DNA from: Bilabrum cf. latius
Taxonomy: Eukaryota
Reading direction: 5' to 3'
NCBI GenBank assembly: GCA_965178125.1
Contig: OZ237737.1
Span: 1 to 64,000 of the forward strand
DNA length: 64,000 nt
Below the pieces are notes generated by a model, which had not been told where the DNA came from, ran no database searches, and saw only the letters and a list, made by a program, of their open reading frames with translations. Below, one piece after another: positions 60,625 to 64,000 of this stretch (its first letter is position 1; each line of letters begins with the position of its first letter). A program made the position numbers and the translations under genes.

Positions 60625-63600
60625 TCAGTGCCCGCCTGCACCTCCAGTGGCCGCTCCTGCCCCCGCCCCCTTGCCCTTTGTCTCCGCAAGGATCTGCAAC
60701 AACTCGCCTGCCTGCTCGCCCGTCGCATCCCCCGTCGCCTTGATGGCCTCCAGCCGCTTCAGCAGGCCGCCGTGCCCTTCCCCCGCAATGGGGACAGCAG
60801 CACCCTTGGCCCGTGGGACAGACGTGCCCAGGGCAAGCATCAAGAAGGTCTCCGCGGGACTCGGCGGGCCGGCACCCGCCTTGTCCCCTGCTGCGGCCAG
60901 CGCCCTCCCCGCGTGTCTCGCCACGCACTCCGCCAGTGCCTCGTTCCTGGGAGCCTGCTTCTGCTCCTGCTCAGCGGCGACCGCCAGGTTGAGCGCGAGC
61001 ACACCGCCCAGCGGCCACAGTTTCTCCGCCGCTGGGTTCAGCAGCACGCCCAGCACCCTGTCGAGGTGCTTGAGACTGCCCTCCGCCGCAGCGGGAGCCA
61101 GCCATGCCCTCCTGACCGGTGCAGCGTGGGCCATGTTCACCAGGCAGCCCGCGAACCGACTCACCTGCCCAGGCTTGAGCCCTGGGGCGCAGGCACAGTC
61201 CGCCAGTTTGGCCAGCAGCGGGATCGCCTTGCTGGCTAGCTGCTACCGGTGCGTCTCGAAGAGTGCAGCGATGCGGAACAGCTCCGACGCGGCCACGAGC
61301 CGTGCACCCGGCCACTGCAGCATGATCTTGTCCAGCAGCAGGCGCGACTCGGGGGCGGGGATGGTGTCAGAGTGCCGCTTGCCCTCCTCCTTTAGCCTGT
61401 CCACGAGCATCCCCAGCGTGCCCGTCTCTCCCACAGTGAGCTTTGCACCCGCATGCTCGCCCTCCAGCTTGTCCGAGGCCTCCCTGACCTTGGCCAGCAC
61501 CTTGTCCATCGGGGGCATGCTGCTCTGGGGCCGAGAGTCCAGGCACGGGAAATGCTTGAACCGACGGGCGCTTGCGCGGGGGGCCAGATCGGGCCGCGCG
61601 GGGAGTCCCCTCTGCTGCCTGACTTGCATGATGAAGTCTATGATCTGCTGCCGCTGCGACTGCTCGATGCCCTGGGACCTGTTCTCATGGAGGAACCTGT
61701 CCGCTGCGCTCTCCGGCCTCTCCTCTGAGCCGAAGGACAGCGTCAGGTTGGCCGCGCCTCCACCCGGCAGATCCACGGCAACAGGGGCAGTGAGCATCTC
61801 CCCCATCGTGCTGGCTCCCGCGCCGCCCGCACCCGAGGGCACAGACCCGTTCGCAGCCCCTGGCTGACCCCCGTCGCTGTCGCCCACATAGTCCCCCTCC
61901 ACGTTCCAGGCCCCGCCCACCGCTGACCACTGGCACACCTTGAGACCTCCTGTGGCCGAGTCCCGGAACAGCGCGATGTCACCATCCTTGGACCCGGGGA
62001 TGCTGTCTCGAGCCGCGAACTCCCCTCGCACTGGTATGCTCCCGCCCGAGGTGGACCCGGCGCCGCCCGCTCCAGGAGCCCCGCCCGACCCCGCGGCTGC
62101 GGCCGGTGGGTTCATCATCTGCTGGAATGCCGCCGCCGCCGCGCTGCCCTCTTGCGCCTGTCTCGCCGGGTCCTGCGACAGCACCAGCACGTGGCCCGCC
62201 CGACCCCTGGCCTGGTCCGTGCCGACCGCGATGTCCCCGTTTGGCAGGCCAGCGATGGCCCACGGCACTCCCGGGAGTGCCACTGCCTGCAGCAGCTCCA
62301 GATCCAGGGAAAATAGGCGCAAGCACCGGTCGTCCGACCCCACCGCGATCACCGCCCCGCCTGGAGCATCAGGGCGCGCGATGCAGGCCACCGCGAAGGT
62401 GAACACCCCCTGCCCCGCGGCGGTGGCCTCTCGAGAGACCGCCACGCAGCCCTTGGCCGCCCCGTTCCTGGTCCACAGCCTCAGATTCCCGTCGTTGGAC
62501 ACGGTGGCCAGGGCGGGTGGGCCCTTGGCCAGGCTCCCGTCGGGCCCCTTGGCCTCCTCCTCGGGCAGCTGGCTCGAAGGCAGGGCGCACACGGCACGCA
62601 CAGCGAGGTCATGCTCCTCGCAGCACCGCTCCAGCACGAACCCAGCCAGCGCTGCCTCGGCCACTTTCTCCTTCCCGCTGTCCCCACCTGCCGCCCCCTC
62701 TCCCCCTCCCCCCCCCCCTTGGAGCCCCTTGAGGGGGACCGGCTTCCACATGCGCAGGCACGCCCCGGCGTACCCTTGCCCTTGCTTGCGACCAGCCGCC
62801 GCCGCCGCCACCCTTCCGTCCGCCAGCACCACGGCGGGCGTCCCATTGTCGCTGCCCTCGTGCCTGTGAAGCTTCTCCCCCGTCTCGAGGTCCACCACGC
62901 TCCACGCGCCGTCCTGCCCGCCAGTCAGGAGCAGATCGCGGCCGGGGACGCCCCAGGCTCGCGCAGCGGATTCGGGCACCTGCTGCATGCTCATCACACC
63001 GGCGAGCATGTCCGTGTTCCGCGGGTGCACGACGATCTCGTGCTCAACCTTGAACTCGCCCGCGGGCGGACCATCACGGGGCTTGCCACTGGCAGCGCCG
63101 TCTCCCTCAGCGGCTGGTTTGGATGCACCGGCGGCTCCCAGCTCTGCTTTCGCGTCTTCCCACTTGTATATTCGCACGATTCCCCGAAGGTCCCCCGTCG
63201 CGATCCGGTTTTTGGTGAGGGGGCATACGGCGCGAACCATTGCCACGCTGCCGGGAACGGAGCCAACCATTTCAACCAAAGGCTACTCCTGCGAAGCAAC
63301 AGCCGCCCCCGCTGCCGAAGCTATTGCACCAGACGATGAGTGTTCTTGCGACTCCACAATTCTGGCTATATTGGCCATGGAATCGTCTCCACCCGAGATT
63401 AGGCCGCCACTTGGGAAAAGATCGCCTTTGCCTGGAGGAATGGACTGAAGCGCATGAACCTGCGGTGGTATTGGAACTCACATTTTGATTCTAAGCAGAT
63501 TGATCTAAACGAGAGGTCATCGATTTCGTCTACTACGCAGCAACTACACTTGCACACTCACGGCCTGCTCGTGTTCCGGCACGACAACAGAGGCAAACTT

Positions 63601-63675
63601 GAAGGCCAAAAACTCTTTGGTCTCTCCTTCTGCCCCTAACTTGAGCTTATCTACTGCATCACTAGATTCTGACAT
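60625..63675 (-). CDS. PLAA: Phospholipase A2-activating protein/DOA1-like (WD40 + PFU + PUL-like); intron ~63561-63460
   Basis: WD40 repeats (HEQAVHAL, ISGGDD, HDLAVRAV, TVSNDGNLRLW, GSDDRCLR); QWSA..GAW...GD and AADRFL....I......QIIDFI (PFU). Confidence 0.82.
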
Positions 63676-63800
63676 GAAAAGTCACGATCTGCTGGCTAGA
63701 ATGCGCGCCTTTTCGTGCTTTCGCCGACCTCAGCTTGTTGCATCCGGAGCCAGAATAATAACCACACCGACTGCATCCTTTTACAGGACGATTGACGATA

Positions 63801-64000
63801 ATGCGCCTGTTGATCCTGGCCGGATTTGCTTGCTTTGCGAATGCGCTGGCTCCAGGTTCCAAGCCTCACGTTGTAGTAATGCTAGTCGACGACTGGGGCT
63901 GGGCCAACGCCGGATGGCATCGCGAGGCTGGATTCAACGAGAGTGCCACTCCCCACATGGACGAATTGGTCAAGGAAGGGATCGAGTTGAATCATCACTA
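63801..64000 (+). CDS. Arylsulfatase (S1 sulfatase, ARSB/I/J-like), 5' part only
   Basis: Signal peptide then KPHVVVMLVDDWGWANAGWH...TPHMDELVKEGIELNHH; runs off the window. Confidence 0.85.
   Translation, partial: MRLLILAGFACFANALAPGSKPHVVVMLVDDWGWANAGWHREAGFNESATPHMDELVKEGIELNHH

Noticed and set aside
48839-62869. Long antisense or alternative-frame ORFs (e.g. 48839..49981+, 53195..54274-, 56256..57476+, 60410..61867+)
   Set aside because: Shadows of GC-rich real genes on the opposite strand.

Overview
Left chromosome end of a compact, GC-rich eukaryote with TTAGGG telomeres, probably a stramenopile (inferred from a Sig/mastigoneme-type EGF gene; a bicosoecid-like flagellate is only a guess). 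Two things stand out. (1) The nuclear code reads UAG as Gln while UAA and UGA still terminate. In-frame TAGs sit at conserved Gln positions of CDKL kinase, PDH E2/E3BP, DNA ligase and a HECT ligase, and reading through them joins the fragmented ORF track into about 20 intact genes that end in TAA or TGA. (2) The first 9 kb is not a simple telomere. Three apparently identical 2304-bp cassettes are each flanked by pure (CCCTAA)n tracts of about 490-600 bp. Each cassette holds a 300-codon acidic/basic ORF visible only with TAG=Gln, then 6.6 copies of a 155-bp satellite. A G-rich 47-bp minisatellite follows, then densely packed genes: phosphonoacetaldehyde-reductase-like Fe-ADH, DPM2, CDKL, PDHX-like, NOG1, TBC-TLDc, LIG6-like ligase, EIPR1, RBR E3, GGCT-like, CEP44-like, RFC1, HECT E3, WW-MyTH4-FERM, EF-hand, Sig-like, PLAA and a partial arylsulfatase. 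All family assignments are motif recognition by eye, with no database searches. Exon boundaries are manual predictions.
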